Source: a virus | Length of the DNA stretch: 64,000 nucleotides | IMG/VR virus record: IMGVR_UViG_3300045971_000431 | Location: 1-64,000 of that record | Reading direction: 5' to 3' (one strand) | Part shown: positions 29,013 to 39,070 of the stretch, piece after piece | How positions within the stretch are numbered: position 1 is the stretch's first letter | Layout of the letters: the number at the start of each line of letters is the position of its first letter | Notes under the pieces: model-generated | What the model saw: only the letters and a program-made list of their open reading frames with translations | What the model was told of the DNA's origin: nothing | The model's database searches: none | Program-made: the position numbers and the translations under genes

Positions 29013-29570
29013 TTAGTACACCCAAGACGTTGGGAATTGCAGTCGAATGTTCATGACACGGTATTGCTCGCCGACGACAATGTTCGTTGAGACCATTTCA
29101 AGGTCTGCACCCGAGCCAGTGATGCCAACGGTCCCAATGATCTGGTGCGCAGGCGCAATAGTCTGATCACGTTGTCCTGAGCCCAATGTGTAGGGTACAA
29201 CCCACCAGAACCATGTCGCTGTGCCTGCAACTGATGCGCTTGCATATTGGGTAGAGATGACTGCTGGATTCACGTTGACTTGGGATGTAACGAAATCACC
29301 GGCAGTTCCAGCAGTACCAGAACCAAACGTAACGAGAATGTCTGAGGCTCTTGCATTGATGGTGGCTGTGGCAGTTGCAGAAGCAGGGATGACTCCCTTC
29401 ATCAGATAGATTGTGCCAACGAAAGCACCGCTGTAACTAAAACCGCTGTGGAGTAGACCAGCACCTGCCACGCCAGTGGCGCCTGCTGTAGCTGGGCTTC
29501 CGTCAGCCAATCTGAAGATGCGCGGCATCATCGAGGTAACCCATCCGGAACTTAGTTCAATTGTTGCCAT
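29013..29570 (-). CDS. Virion structural protein
   Basis: A/G/T-rich beta protein in tail cluster; GTATWF motif. Confidence 0.7.
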   Translation of the reverse strand: MATIELSSGWVTSMMPRIFRLADGSPATAGATGVAGAGLLHSGFSYSGAFVGTIYLMKGVIPASATATATINARASDILVTFGSGTAGTAGDFVTSQVNVNPAVISTQYASASVAGTATWFWWVVPYTLGSGQRDQTIAPAHQIIGTVGITGSGADLEMVSTNIVVGEQYRVMNIRLQFPTSWVY

Positions 29571-29579
29571 GGTTGTTCC

Positions 29580-30041
29580 TTAGACCAGGGTAGCGCCAAT
29601 GGATCCATCAAGGATCACATTCGAGACGCCAGCCGTGAAGCTGAGTGATGTGAATCGGACAATGCCTTGACCAACTGAGTCTGATACCGGACCAACAATG
29701 AATGCTGTCGATGGCAGTGTTGACAGAGCGACGGTTGCAGCTAAGACGTTGGAGCTCCACACAATGCACCAAGTTCCAGTGCCGGTGTTTGTCGCATTGA
29801 CGGTGGGTGGTACCGTCAATTGAAGTAGGATGCCATTAGACGGTTGCGTCCAAACGGCACCAACATAATGCGCAAGGAATGATGCATTTGTGGATGCATA
29901 AGTTGGCCAGCTTGCAGCGATCTGCGCAGCTGTCGGTTGAACGCCGCTGTAGACGCTGATGGCGGAAGAAGCAGAGAATCCTGCTTGCAGGCCTCGACCG
30001 ATAAAGAGGTTTCTAAGACTTGGGCTGAAGAGCATTGTCAT
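29580..30041 (-). CDS. Virion structural protein (probable paralog of 29013)
   Basis: VYSGVQP, GTGTWC, GPVSD motifs. Confidence 0.7.
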   Translation of the reverse strand: MTMLFSPSLRNLFIGRGLQAGFSASSAISVYSGVQPTAAQIAASWPTYASTNASFLAHYVGAVWTQPSNGILLQLTVPPTVNATNTGTGTWCIVWSSNVLAATVALSTLPSTAFIVGPVSDSVGQGIVRFTSLSFTAGVSNVILDGSIGATLV

Positions 30042-30050
30042 ACATAGTCC

Positions 30051-31598
30051 TTATGCTGAGGCGAGGTTGCCTTCGAGATCCCACTCATTAGGACCGACCT
30101 TCATGAGCATGATCTTGCCATGCATCTTCGTGATTGTCAATGTCTCGGGAGTGTTGATGGTAACACCAGGTGCGCCAGCGATGATTACATTGCCGGCCCC
30201 ATGCTTGCCGAACATGATGACACCACCCGGTGGCATTGGAGATGTAGAGGCCGTGTTGCTCCACCACTCTCCTGTTTGGGGGAATGCTGAATCAGCAAGC
30301 ACGTGATAGGTGACGTTTGTCGTGGCTTTGCAGCGGTAAAGCGTGTTGTGATCAGCAGCTGATCCAACATCCGTGTTCACGCCAAGAGCAATGAGCGCAT
30401 CGTCTAGGGTACTGATACCGATTGGCTTTGGGTTAGGCTGAGATGCCCATTGCGGTGGACTCACCGGACCCGTAGACATCAAGACCATACCTGCTTCGTC
30501 TACGCCTCCTTGACCAAACACAAACGAACCAACTGGATTGATACGGAGGTGACGAATGCTACCAACGTAGAATTCAATTGCGCCTGACTGGGTGGGCTCA
30601 ATTACCGAACCCTCACCGCTGAAGATCATATGTGCGCCAGCGGCAATACGAATATCACCACCACGATTGGCCGTGTTAGCCGATGGGTGCACGCTACCAC
30701 CGGTAATTTCAACACTGCCACCATCACCGTCTACTGCATAGCCGCCAACGATTCTAATGCCACCAGCATTGTAGATGCTATCTTGAGGAGCACCCCAAAG
30801 GTTGATACCTGCAGAACCTTGGCGAACTTCGATAAGGCTTGCACCCCATCCATCAGCACCGACCACACGTTCAGGGGCGGTTTCCAATTGGACATAGCTG
30901 CCTGGAATTGCAACTGGATTGAGAATTCCAAATTTCAAGATCGCTGTTGCTGGATCGAAAGTGAAACGTGGTGATGATGTTGAACTCGTTCCCGTGCCAA
31001 TGACAACTTCAGTTGCCGGATGTGCAGTCACTGATGGCAGTGGATAGAGGTGCATGTCCCATTCAGTTGCGGACACTTGCGAAACTCGTGCATACTCTCC
31101 CTGCTTGATGAAGGCAGTGCCGCTCAGTGTGGTAAGAGTAACACCAGCGAATCCAACGAGCTTAAGTGGTGCTGTTGCTGACAAGTTGACAACTTCAATG
31201 AAGCAGCCAGTTGGCCAGATTTGGCCCAAGTCACCAACTACAACATGGATCTCATTCGATCCATATGAATTGATTCGCACCCGCGTCGTATGATCTGCTG
31301 GGGTAAGCGAATGCATGACATACGCAGGTGCTGTTGCGGTGATGAAGCCCGCCTTGATCTGTGAACGCTGCGTACCATTGAAGTCTGCAATCAGTGTGAC
31401 TGTGAATGTCCCGGCCGTTGTGTATGTGTGGGTAGGATTCTGATCAATCGATGTGTTGCCGTCACCGAAATCCCAATTCCAACTTGATGGCGATGTAGGG
31501 CCGCCTGGACTTGAGAGGTCAGAGAATGTGACGACAAGCGGCAGCGTGCCCGTTACCGGAGATGCTGTGAAATCAGCTGAGTAAATTACTGCTGGCAT
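30051..31598 (-). CDS. PKD-domain tail fibre protein
   Basis: WNWDFGDG...NPTHTY..AG.FTVTL PKD motif. Confidence 0.85.
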   Translation of the reverse strand: MPAVIYSADFTASPVTGTLPLVVTFSDLSSPGGPTSPSSWNWDFGDGNTSIDQNPTHTYTTAGTFTVTLIADFNGTQRSQIKAGFITATAPAYVMHSLTPADHTTRVRINSYGSNEIHVVVGDLGQIWPTGCFIEVVNLSATAPLKLVGFAGVTLTTLSGTAFIKQGEYARVSQVSATEWDMHLYPLPSVTAHPATEVVIGTGTSSTSSPRFTFDPATAILKFGILNPVAIPGSYVQLETAPERVVGADGWGASLIEVRQGSAGINLWGAPQDSIYNAGGIRIVGGYAVDGDGGSVEITGGSVHPSANTANRGGDIRIAAGAHMIFSGEGSVIEPTQSGAIEFYVGSIRHLRINPVGSFVFGQGGVDEAGMVLMSTGPVSPPQWASQPNPKPIGISTLDDALIALGVNTDVGSAADHNTLYRCKATTNVTYHVLADSAFPQTGEWWSNTASTSPMPPGGVIMFGKHGAGNVIIAGAPGVTINTPETLTITKMHGKIMLMKVGPNEWDLEGNLASA

Positions 31599-31612
31599 GT
31601 TCGTTCCTTATT

Positions 31613-33877
31613 TTACAGTCCTGGACCATACGCAATCAGTGCCCTGACATCATACAGCGACAGCATTAGCGGCGTGGTCAGCACCAACGCACCATTCTTG
31701 AAGAACGAAATTATCGTATCGCCATATCCACCAGGCCGCTGTTCAATTACTACACCGACAACATCACCAGCAGCTAGTGTTGGATTTCCGGCATTAGGTA
31801 CACCTTGCACGTTTATTACGCCTGTTGCTGCGTATGTCAGTGCATTTCCACTATTGACGTAAGAGGTATTTGGTTCGACGAATGCGCCGGGACTAATGAC
31901 ACCAATAGCAGTGTTAGTATCAGCGATTGATACTTCGAAGCAAACAGTGTTGCCGCCACCAGGAACCATGTTGGCGCCTGCTGCACTGCCTGGACCAGAA
32001 AAGGAAATCGTTCTATTGCTATTGCTTAGTGTTGCGCTTGCTGCGATCCAGCTCGGATCAAGATTACCAACTGCCATCTGCGCTAAAGCTGGATATGCAG
32101 CTTGGTAGTTTGCCAAATATGTTGGTGTTGTTGTAGCATCCCAATGTGTGAATGTTGTTTGTGGCGGCGTGCCAAACACGATGGTGTTTGTTAGCAAGGA
32201 CGCGACGAAAGTTACGGTACCAGGCACCCAATTGGATCCATCCCACACGAGCGCTTGACCCGTAGATGGGGCTGGCGCAACAACATCTGACAGGCTGTCA
32301 AGAGTATGAGTGTGCGTGATGTCTGACTTGAATGCAAGAGCAGCTGTCAAACCCGCCACATCAGCCATCACGTGTGTGTGACCGATGGCCGACTTCCCAG
32401 CAAGAGCAGCTGTCAAGCCAGTCACGTCAGCCATCACGTGGGTGTGAGCAAGATCCGCTCTGTTATTGATGTTGAGCTGCAGATTGTTGAGCGCGTCTTG
32501 CAGACCTGACACATCATTGATGTTGTGTTGGTGACCCAGCAGTGAGTAGACCAGATCATGGTTGTGGTTCAGGGCCGCATACAGCAGATCGTGGTTGTGA
32601 CCAATGTTCGACTTCGCGGCCAGCAGACCCGCGAGGTCAGTGATGTTGGCTGCAACGTGGGTGTGTACCGTGTTTGCCTTGTTAGGCAGAATGCTTTCGA
32701 CATTGGTGAGGCGTGTGCCCTGATCTTCGAGAGCAAGCACCTGAGCGATGCTCATGTATCCATCAGTTGCATTTGTGGCGCTTTGAATCTGGATAGACCA
32801 GATCCGCTCGCCAACTGGATTCGTTGAGAACGAAGTGAAGACTGGTGCGACACCGTTGATGATCAAGCTGTTGGCATTTGCTTGGTAGATCTGCGGCTGT
32901 GTTTCACTATCAATGCCAAACAGAATCGTGTTGGCATTCTTGACGAAGCCGATGCGGAATGCTAGCAGCCCATTGGGACGGACTGGGGTGATCTCGCCAT
33001 TGCTGCCACAGTAGAGTGGCTTGCCAATATGACCCGACCAGTTCCACTGATCCCATTGGATCTCGCCGCTTTGGGTGACGACACCAAACTCGCCATTGTT
33101 AAGGTCTTCCTGCACAACGCCAATTGGCGTCTTTGGGTTGATCAATGCTGGGTTGCTAGAGGCAAGACCAACTGCATCAGGGCCAGAGAAGTAGACGAGG
33201 CTGAACTGAGGGATGTTCTCAGAGGCCTTGACTGGAATGAAAGCATTTGGCGGAATGGCCAGAATACCCGAGGTGCCTGACGTCGTCTGAATCCGGATGG
33301 GAGATGTCGTCGTGAGGAACTCGAGATTAGTGTTGGCACGGATTGGACGTTGCTGAGAATCCAGCATGATGTATCCAGGATCCGATGGGACATTCAAGCC
33401 TACCTGAGACATGCCGATCGGCATGTAGATACGAGATGTGATGATGCCGCCCGGAACCGTTCCGGCGAACACAGCAATCTTCGTGTCCCACTTCGCGCCA
33501 TTCCATACTTTCATGGTAGTGGCTGTGGTGTCGAACCAGTGCTGGTCGTTTGCCGGATTGGTTGGTGCAGTAGGACCCGAGATTGGAGCAAGGGTCGTGA
33601 TGCGATGGTAGACTTCAGGCTTCCACGATGCAACCTTCGAGACAATTTCCCAGTAGAGGTAGCTCGTCACGCCCGATTGGATAGGGCCCCAAGCCAAGTC
33701 TACGTCTTGTGAAAAGACCTGGAGGTAGTCACTTGAACCGTGCGCGAAGGCAACCACTGTTGGGGTGGGAGCCACCGTGAACGAGATGTAGCCGGCGGTG
33801 GTGGACTGTTGAAGAAACTGTGGGTTCACCCCCGCCATGTAGGCAGAGACAATGCCCTGGCGGAATGAGATCTTCAT
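31613..33877 (-). CDS. Tail fibre protein with HxH repeats
   Basis: Repeated HTHVMADVxGLTAALA units; beta-rich tip. Confidence 0.85.
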   Translation of the reverse strand: MKISFRQGIVSAYMAGVNPQFLQQSTTAGYISFTVAPTPTVVAFAHGSSDYLQVFSQDVDLAWGPIQSGVTSYLYWEIVSKVASWKPEVYHRITTLAPISGPTAPTNPANDQHWFDTTATTMKVWNGAKWDTKIAVFAGTVPGGIITSRIYMPIGMSQVGLNVPSDPGYIMLDSQQRPIRANTNLEFLTTTSPIRIQTTSGTSGILAIPPNAFIPVKASENIPQFSLVYFSGPDAVGLASSNPALINPKTPIGVVQEDLNNGEFGVVTQSGEIQWDQWNWSGHIGKPLYCGSNGEITPVRPNGLLAFRIGFVKNANTILFGIDSETQPQIYQANANSLIINGVAPVFTSFSTNPVGERIWSIQIQSATNATDGYMSIAQVLALEDQGTRLTNVESILPNKANTVHTHVAANITDLAGLLAAKSNIGHNHDLLYAALNHNHDLVYSLLGHQHNINDVSGLQDALNNLQLNINNRADLAHTHVMADVTGLTAALAGKSAIGHTHVMADVAGLTAALAFKSDITHTHTLDSLSDVVAPAPSTGQALVWDGSNWVPGTVTFVASLLTNTIVFGTPPQTTFTHWDATTTPTYLANYQAAYPALAQMAVGNLDPSWIAASATLSNSNRTISFSGPGSAAGANMVPGGGNTVCFEVSIADTNTAIGVISPGAFVEPNTSYVNSGNALTYAATGVINVQGVPNAGNPTLAAGDVVGVVIEQRPGGYGDTIISFFKNGALVLTTPLMLSLYDVRALIAYGPGL

Positions 33878-33883
33878 GGGGTG

Positions 33884-34333
33884 TTATGCCTTTGGTGGCT
33901 TGAGCGATGGGTCGGCTGCGTCAACAGCGTCAGAACCTGTGGCGTCCTTGACGGAAACTTCCTTGTAGCCGTGCTTGGCCGCAACGTACTTCGAGTAGCC
34001 TTCGATGGCGCCGACATAGGTGAGGTAGACACCGAGCAGAGACTCGGTGATGGCACCAGCCAGTGTCAACTTGATGATGACCCACGTTGCAGTGGCACCG
34101 CCCAGGAGCTGGAGAACCTTCGTCAGAGACACAGTGCGGCCGTCCTTCGTGATCATGTCGGCGAAGTCCAACTTCTCTGCACGCTGAATGCGCCAGAAGA
34201 GCATGAAGATGCCAAACATCAGAACAGTGATCATGACCAAACCGAAGTTGATCTGGTACCCGAACAGTTCAATGAGGACAGAAGATGAGGTGAGGGGTGC
34301 GGAAGCTGAAGCTGCGGATGCTGCGGGTGTCAT
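33884..34333 (-). CDS. Putative holin / membrane protein
   Basis: 2-3 TM helices, charged C-terminus, TAAATA at 34360-34365. Confidence 0.55.
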   Translation of the reverse strand: MTPAASAASASAPLTSSSVLIELFGYQINFGLVMITVLMFGIFMLFWRIQRAEKLDFADMITKDGRTVSLTKVLQLLGGATATWVIIKLTLAGAITESLLGVYLTYVGAIEGYSKYVAAKHGYKEVSVKDATGSDAVDAADPSLKPPKA

Positions 34334-34387
34334 ATGGAACTCCATTGGGGTGTCAAGCCTATTTACGGGACCGAGACCCGGGCAGCA

Positions 34388-34410
34388 CAAAGGGCCCGGA
34401 GGCCCTTTCA
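34388..34410 (-). terminator. Putative intrinsic terminator
   Basis: AAAGGGCC-CGGA-GGCCCTTT hairpin after glutaredoxin. Confidence 0.6.
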
Positions 34411-34461
34411 AAACGCGCGCGCTATCTTGAAGCTAATGCTATAAATCGCGCGCGGTGGGTG

Positions 34462-34728
34462 TCATGCTGCTTGTTGTGTTTGTTGTTCAAGGTAGCGACG
34501 CAGCTCCGTGGCTCCGCCGATCTTGATGTCGCCGCAGGTGATGAACGGCACAGTCCGCAGGTTTGGGTGTTCGGCCAAGACGGCCTCGCGAGTTACGTAC
34601 TCCTCACCTTCAACGCGCGGTTGACCGACGTCGATGTTGATGGCCTTGTAGGTCAGGCCTTTCGATTTAAGGAGGGCTTTCGCCTGGTCGCAGTACGGGC
34701 AATTGGGCTTGCTGATCACAGTGAACAT
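34462..34728 (-). CDS. Glutaredoxin
   Basis: CPYC, TVP, IGG. Confidence 0.95.
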   Translation of the reverse strand: MFTVISKPNCPYCDQAKALLKSKGLTYKAINIDVGQPRVEGEEYVTREAVLAEHPNLRTVPFITCGDIKIGGATELRRYLEQQTQQAA

Positions 34729-34897
34729 GTTTCTTCTCCGGGTAGTTTTGGAATGCCTCTAAGAGGACACGAGTATAGATCTGTTCCCGCTGGTCATTTG
34801 TGAGGTACATCCAGTCGGAAATCTCTTTTGATGTTCTACGGCAGCCCGTGCACTTCTCATCCTGCAAGTTGCAGGCGCCGGCGCACGGGCTGAGCAT
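34667..34897 (-). CDS. DUF1289-like putative Fe-S protein
   Basis: SPCAGAC...CTGCRRT..EI..W. Confidence 0.75.
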   Translation of the reverse strand: MLSPCAGACNLQDEKCTGCRRTSKEISDWMYLTNDQREQIYTRVLLEAFQNYPEKKHVHCDQQAQLPVLRPGESPP

Positions 34898-34899
34898 GG

Positions 34900-36789
34900 T
34901 CAGATCTCGCAGCCGCCAGCCGTGCAGGCCAGAAGCTGAGCACCTTCGACGTTGTCGTCGACCTCGACGATGCTGTCCCAGTTCAGGTTGCCCGGAATCT
35001 TGTCCAGCAGGTCAAGGTACTGCTTCTCAGTGCAGTCCTCGTACGGGGCTTGACGATAGGAACCGCCGTCGTATGGCAGGAATGACACCCCTGACATCTC
35101 GTCGAAGTGGTCCCACACGAAGGCACCGACGGCCGGCCATTCCTTTTCAGTGACGGAGATGGTGACCGACGGCTTGTGCTCGCAGTAGTGTCGCTGGAAC
35201 ACCAACCAGAGCTTCAGGTGTTGGATTGCTGTCAGATCCTTACGCAGGAGAGCGCCTTCCGGTGCCTTCTTCGGAAAGGTGAATACCGTAGTAGACCCAG
35301 GCTTCGTGACATCAGGTTCGTGCGGAACGCCAGCAGCGATCATGAACTGCGTCAACGGATCCTTGTTGTCAGCACGAACGCGACGGTAGTAGTACGCGGC
35401 GTGACGAGCATGCAGACCGGAGGCGGTGTCGCAGCGTTGGCTGACCGTGCCCGATGGCTTGATTGCTGTCGTGGCGGTAGCTTGCGGGATGCCGAGTTCT
35501 TCAGCGAAGACGCGGTTGATGTCGATGACATGGTCCCGAATCTCTTCCAGAATGCGAGCCATCTCAGGATCGTCTGGGTTCGTGAACATGTGGTTGTCGA
35601 ACACACCTGTCATCGAGACGCCGAGCAGACGCTCAGCTTCGGTGTTGTCGCGCCAGACCTTGCGAAGGTACGGGAAGTGGGTCAGTGTCGACTGGAACGT
35701 GCCGAGAATGGCAGCAACACGGGCCTTCCGCTTCAGTGACTCGACCGTATCTTCAGCGCGAACGATCACTTCGGTCAGGTTGCAGAACTGGTACGGACGG
35801 AGGATGATCTCGGAGCACGGGTTCGTGCCGAAGTCGAAGTTTGGATCACGACGACCATTCTTCTTCACGACCTTGACTGCAGCTTCGCGATTGAAGATGC
35901 CGCGCTCACCTGACTTCGACTCGTACAGGGACAGCCATTCGCGCATGAACACGCCGACGTCTGGCTTCTCGGTGTAGCATGCCGAGTTGTTGGCGAGAGC
36001 ACGTTGGCCTTGGGTTTCCCACCATGCACCGCTCTTCGCGTGACGCATCCGGTCATCGGACAGGTTCGACAGCGAGATCATTGCCGAGCGACGAACGCCG
36101 CCGACGACCACAACTTCACCGATCTTGCACATGATGTCATGGCACTCGAGCGAGTTCAGCTTCCGCCCTTGAGCGTTCTTGAACGTGCGAACCACGAACT
36201 CGAACAACGCGATCAGCGGCTCAGGACCCGAAGCACGACCACCAAACGTCTTCAGGCGGGCGCCAGCTTCACGAACCTTCTCAGTGTTCCACCGTGGTGC
36301 TTCACCGGCGTACAGCAACGTGATGATCTGGCGCAGTGCCTTGGACCAGCCTTCCTTGGAGTCGGACACCACAACCGTGGTCTCGCTGTCATAGATGCGC
36401 TCAGGAATCTCAGGCAGCTTGTTCACGTACTGGCGTTCGACGCTGAAGCCAACACCGGTGCCACAGAGCAGGATGTACATGGCTTCGTCGAACGACTTGA
36501 TGTCATCAACTGGCAGGTACGAGCAGTTGTAGCCAGCGGTGTTGTCACGTTGTAACGCCTTACCTGAGGTCATCAGGGCGCGCATTGACGGCATGGCTTC
36601 TTGGAAGTTGATGGCGTCATGGAGCTCCTGATAGAGGTCCACGGGCATCCGATAGTTGTGCTTGGCTTCGAGGTGGCCCTTCATGAAGTCCATGTAGCGG
36701 GTGACAGTCTCGCCCCAGTTCTCACGACGGCGTTCCGCATCGATGTAGCGGGCGTAGCGGGACTTGGCAATGAATGTTTCGTAAAGCAT
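34900..36789 (-). CDS. nrdJ: Class II (adenosylcobalamin-dependent) ribonucleotide reductase
   Basis: YNCSY, GTGVGF, TNPCSEI, KPSGT, C-terminal CTAGGCEI; no R2 gene adjacent. Confidence 0.93.
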   Translation of the reverse strand: MLYETFIAKSRYARYIDAERRRENWGETVTRYMDFMKGHLEAKHNYRMPVDLYQELHDAINFQEAMPSMRALMTSGKALQRDNTAGYNCSYLPVDDIKSFDEAMYILLCGTGVGFSVERQYVNKLPEIPERIYDSETTVVVSDSKEGWSKALRQIITLLYAGEAPRWNTEKVREAGARLKTFGGRASGPEPLIALFEFVVRTFKNAQGRKLNSLECHDIMCKIGEVVVVGGVRRSAMISLSNLSDDRMRHAKSGAWWETQGQRALANNSACYTEKPDVGVFMREWLSLYESKSGERGIFNREAAVKVVKKNGRRDPNFDFGTNPCSEIILRPYQFCNLTEVIVRAEDTVESLKRKARVAAILGTFQSTLTHFPYLRKVWRDNTEAERLLGVSMTGVFDNHMFTNPDDPEMARILEEIRDHVIDINRVFAEELGIPQATATTAIKPSGTVSQRCDTASGLHARHAAYYYRRVRADNKDPLTQFMIAAGVPHEPDVTKPGSTTVFTFPKKAPEGALLRKDLTAIQHLKLWLVFQRHYCEHKPSVTISVTEKEWPAVGAFVWDHFDEMSGVSFLPYDGGSYRQAPYEDCTEKQYLDLLDKIPGNLNWDSIVEVDDNVEGAQLLACTAGGCEI

Positions 36790-37065
36790 TTACTCTCCGT
36801 TAGATTGTTCGTTCAGTTGTTTTCGGGTCATTTGGGGACGGAGTTTGATTGCAGCTTCGGCATCGCCTTGAAGGACAACTTTGCCAATCAGCTTACGTCG
36901 GTACTCACCAGTTTCCCACTGTGTCAATGCAGGTTCTCCAGCCACCTTTCGGCGGACAGTCTCCTGCGAAATCAGATACTCCACGAAGTCCATGTTGTAC
37001 GTCACATTCGCAGATGTAACGACACTGAATACCCGAGGAGGTTTCATATCAGAATTGTAACTCAC
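36790..37065 (-). CDS. Hypothetical protein
   Basis: ORF abutting nrdJ. Confidence 0.5.
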   Translation of the reverse strand: MSYNSDMKPPRVFSVVTSANVTYNMDFVEYLISQETVRRKVAGEPALTQWETGEYRRKLIGKVVLQGDAEAAIKLRPQMTRKQLNEQSNGE

Positions 37066-37116
37066 GGCGACAAGTCTCCAGAGACAACAACAGGCTGACG
37101 ATGCAGCCCGTGTAGG

Positions 37117-37719
37117 TTAGGCGAAGGACTTGGCCGGGTCAGTCGTGAACGTGCGCATTTCGTTGATGCGCCGCAACCAACCATTGAGGTACTTGGCTTG
37201 TGTCGGCTTGTTTGCGACGATAGAGCGGTAGAACGCCTCACGCAGATCGCAGACGCGATTGCATGCAGCAACTTCGTCCATGGCCTTGGCATGAGCGATC
37301 GTGTTCGGACCAATGTCACCATCAGGATCTACCTCGACGGCCTTCTGGAGAAAGACTGCTGCACGGCCCACGCCGTGATTGACGGCACCGTCAAAGTGCA
37401 GAACAGCAAGACGAGGCGCAAACACAGTAAGTTCATCGCAATGCGCCGCGAGCCAGTAGCGGCGGAAGTAGATACGCTCGGCTCCAGCCCAGTCGAGCGT
37501 CGTGATGTCGAGATCGGGGTTCGGGTTCTTGGCAACGCCATACTTTGTCTCACCGCCCGGATCCACTGGATCGTTGACATAACCGCAGGCGCGCTTTTGC
37601 GCAGTCGTCGAGATAAGACCTTCACGTACCCCCGGAGTGTCAAGGTTCCAGAACCCGCCCACCTCATAGAGCATTGCATGATTGACTGCTTCTTCGAACG
37701 ACTTAGTGTACTCTGCCAT
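37117..37719 (-). CDS. Endolysin, glycoside hydrolase family 108 with PG-binding domain
   Basis: YVNDPVDPGGETKYG, FDGAVNHG, DGDIGPNT, GWLRR; TAAATA at 37742-37747. Confidence 0.9.
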   Translation of the reverse strand: MAEYTKSFEEAVNHAMLYEVGGFWNLDTPGVREGLISTTAQKRACGYVNDPVDPGGETKYGVAKNPNPDLDITTLDWAGAERIYFRRYWLAAHCDELTVFAPRLAVLHFDGAVNHGVGRAAVFLQKAVEVDPDGDIGPNTIAHAKAMDEVAACNRVCDLREAFYRSIVANKPTQAKYLNGWLRRINEMRTFTTDPAKSFA

Positions 37720-37766
37720 GATGGTCTCCTGTGGGGAGACCTATTTATCCAGGGCCGGTCGGCCGA

Positions 37767-38276
37767 TCAGGTAAGCACGTCGCCTACGGCTTTTCCACCT
37801 ACCCAGCGGTAAAGGTCATGCGGGCCCATCACGATTCCGTAGAAAAGCGACTTGCCGTGTGAGAGTTCGGGACCCGTGGGATGCACCATGGCTGAACCCT
37901 TGGGTACCATAGGGTGGTATACCGAAGCCTTCGGGCTGAAATCCACGATGTTCAACCTGGTTGTCACGAGCTTCCCGTCATCTGGGGAGAAGAGCAGGAT
38001 GTCATGTTCGAACGTGGCGATCGCCGGAACAGGAATGCAGTCGACTGAATACGTCTCACGATCAACTGCCATGATGTGCCAGCTGGTCGGGATGTCGATC
38101 TCGAGGTTCTGCACCCGCACCTTCACAGTCGGGCCGATGGTCTCTTCGAGGTACGCGAGCTCCTCCAGTTTGAAGTCCATCATGTGGCCACTGAATGACC
38201 AGAAATGGGAGACACCCATCGGAGCCGTGAGACTGTCGATGATGTAGGGACGGGAGACTTCAGATAGGATTTGCAT
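37767..38276 (-). CDS. Conserved large-phage hypothetical protein
   Basis: Operon-fitting ORF. Confidence 0.7.
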   Translation of the reverse strand: MQILSEVSRPYIIDSLTAPMGVSHFWSFSGHMMDFKLEELAYLEETIGPTVKVRVQNLEIDIPTSWHIMAVDRETYSVDCIPVPAIATFEHDILLFSPDDGKLVTTRLNIVDFSPKASVYHPMVPKGSAMVHPTGPELSHGKSLFYGIVMGPHDLYRWVGGKAVGDVLT

Positions 38277-38279
38277 GGG

Positions 38280-38498
38280 TTACTTGATTCGCAGCGATTG
38301 GTTGAAGAGTGAAGTCACGGCTTCATGCCATTCGAAAAGGGCAGTCTTGACGCGTCGATTGTCTTTCTTGTCCGTCTCCAAGCAGATGCACCCTGGGCCG
38401 AGTGCATGAGAGTACGCAATCTCTTCGTGCTTGAAGATGACAGCCAGCGCATCAGCTAGCGCAGGCGTGCATTCAAACCGCATGCTTGCCACCGTCAA
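38280..38498 (-). CDS. Hypothetical protein
   Basis: Operon-fitting ORF. Confidence 0.5.
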   Translation of the reverse strand: MTVASMRFECTPALADALAVIFKHEEIAYSHALGPGCICLETDKKDNRRVKTALFEWHEAVTSLFNQSLRIK

Positions 38499-38748
38499 AG
38501 AAGTCGGGGTAGAGCTTCATGAGACCTTGAACGCTCTCAGTCTTCTCAACGATCTCCTCGTCCGTGCAGCCGCATGTGCACTGGTAGACGGCCTTCACCT
38601 TCAGCTCATCACCACTGATGGTGAAGCTGATGGTCGGTTGTTCCAAGCCCCGCTCCTGACGAATGAGATTGAAGAGCTTGATCATGGCGATGGTGGCATG
38701 TTCAGCCACGTCGAGATCGCTTGGATTGGTACGGGTCTTGATGAGCAT
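38473..38748 (-). CDS. Hypothetical protein
   Basis: Start MLIKTR. Confidence 0.55.
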   Translation of the reverse strand: MLIKTRTNPSDLDVAEHATIAMIKLFNLIRQERGLEQPTISFTISGDELKVKAVYQCTCGCTDEEIVEKTESVQGLMKLYPDFFDGGKHAV

Positions 38749-38749
38749 T

Positions 38750-39070
38750 TCAGCGCCTGAATTCGTAGGTGAGTTTGATGGCGTACCACTCTTTGCCGTC
38801 ACCAGAGAAGTGCACGAGCTGCGCCCACTTCTCAAGTTCGTAGGTGGACTTGTTGCTCTCCAGCGGAGTGTCGATGCGGAAGGTGTTCAGCACCTTCGCA
38901 GCCACCAGCGTGCCGAAGATGATCCTCAGCATCAGCCCGTACTGTGGCAGGCTGGGCACCACGTGCTTTGGCTGGAGGTCTCCTCCATTGACACGATAGA
39001 GCTGGTTTAGAGCTTCGAGAACGACAGGCTCACATGCCTGCGCTTTGATTGGACGTGATACGATCTTCAT
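38750..39070 (-). CDS. Hypothetical protein
   Basis: Operon-fitting ORF. Confidence 0.55.
   Translation of the reverse strand: MKIVSRPIKAQACEPVVLEALNQLYRVNGGDLQPKHVVPSLPQYGLMLRIIFGTLVAAKVLNTFRIDTPLESNKSTYELEKWAQLVHFSGDGKEWYAIKLTYEFRR

Noticed and set aside
32330-32680. Tandem DNA repeats as a CRISPR array or DGR template/variable pair
   Set aside because: In-frame HxH tail-fibre repeats with mostly synonymous variation; no reverse transcriptase or cas genes in the window
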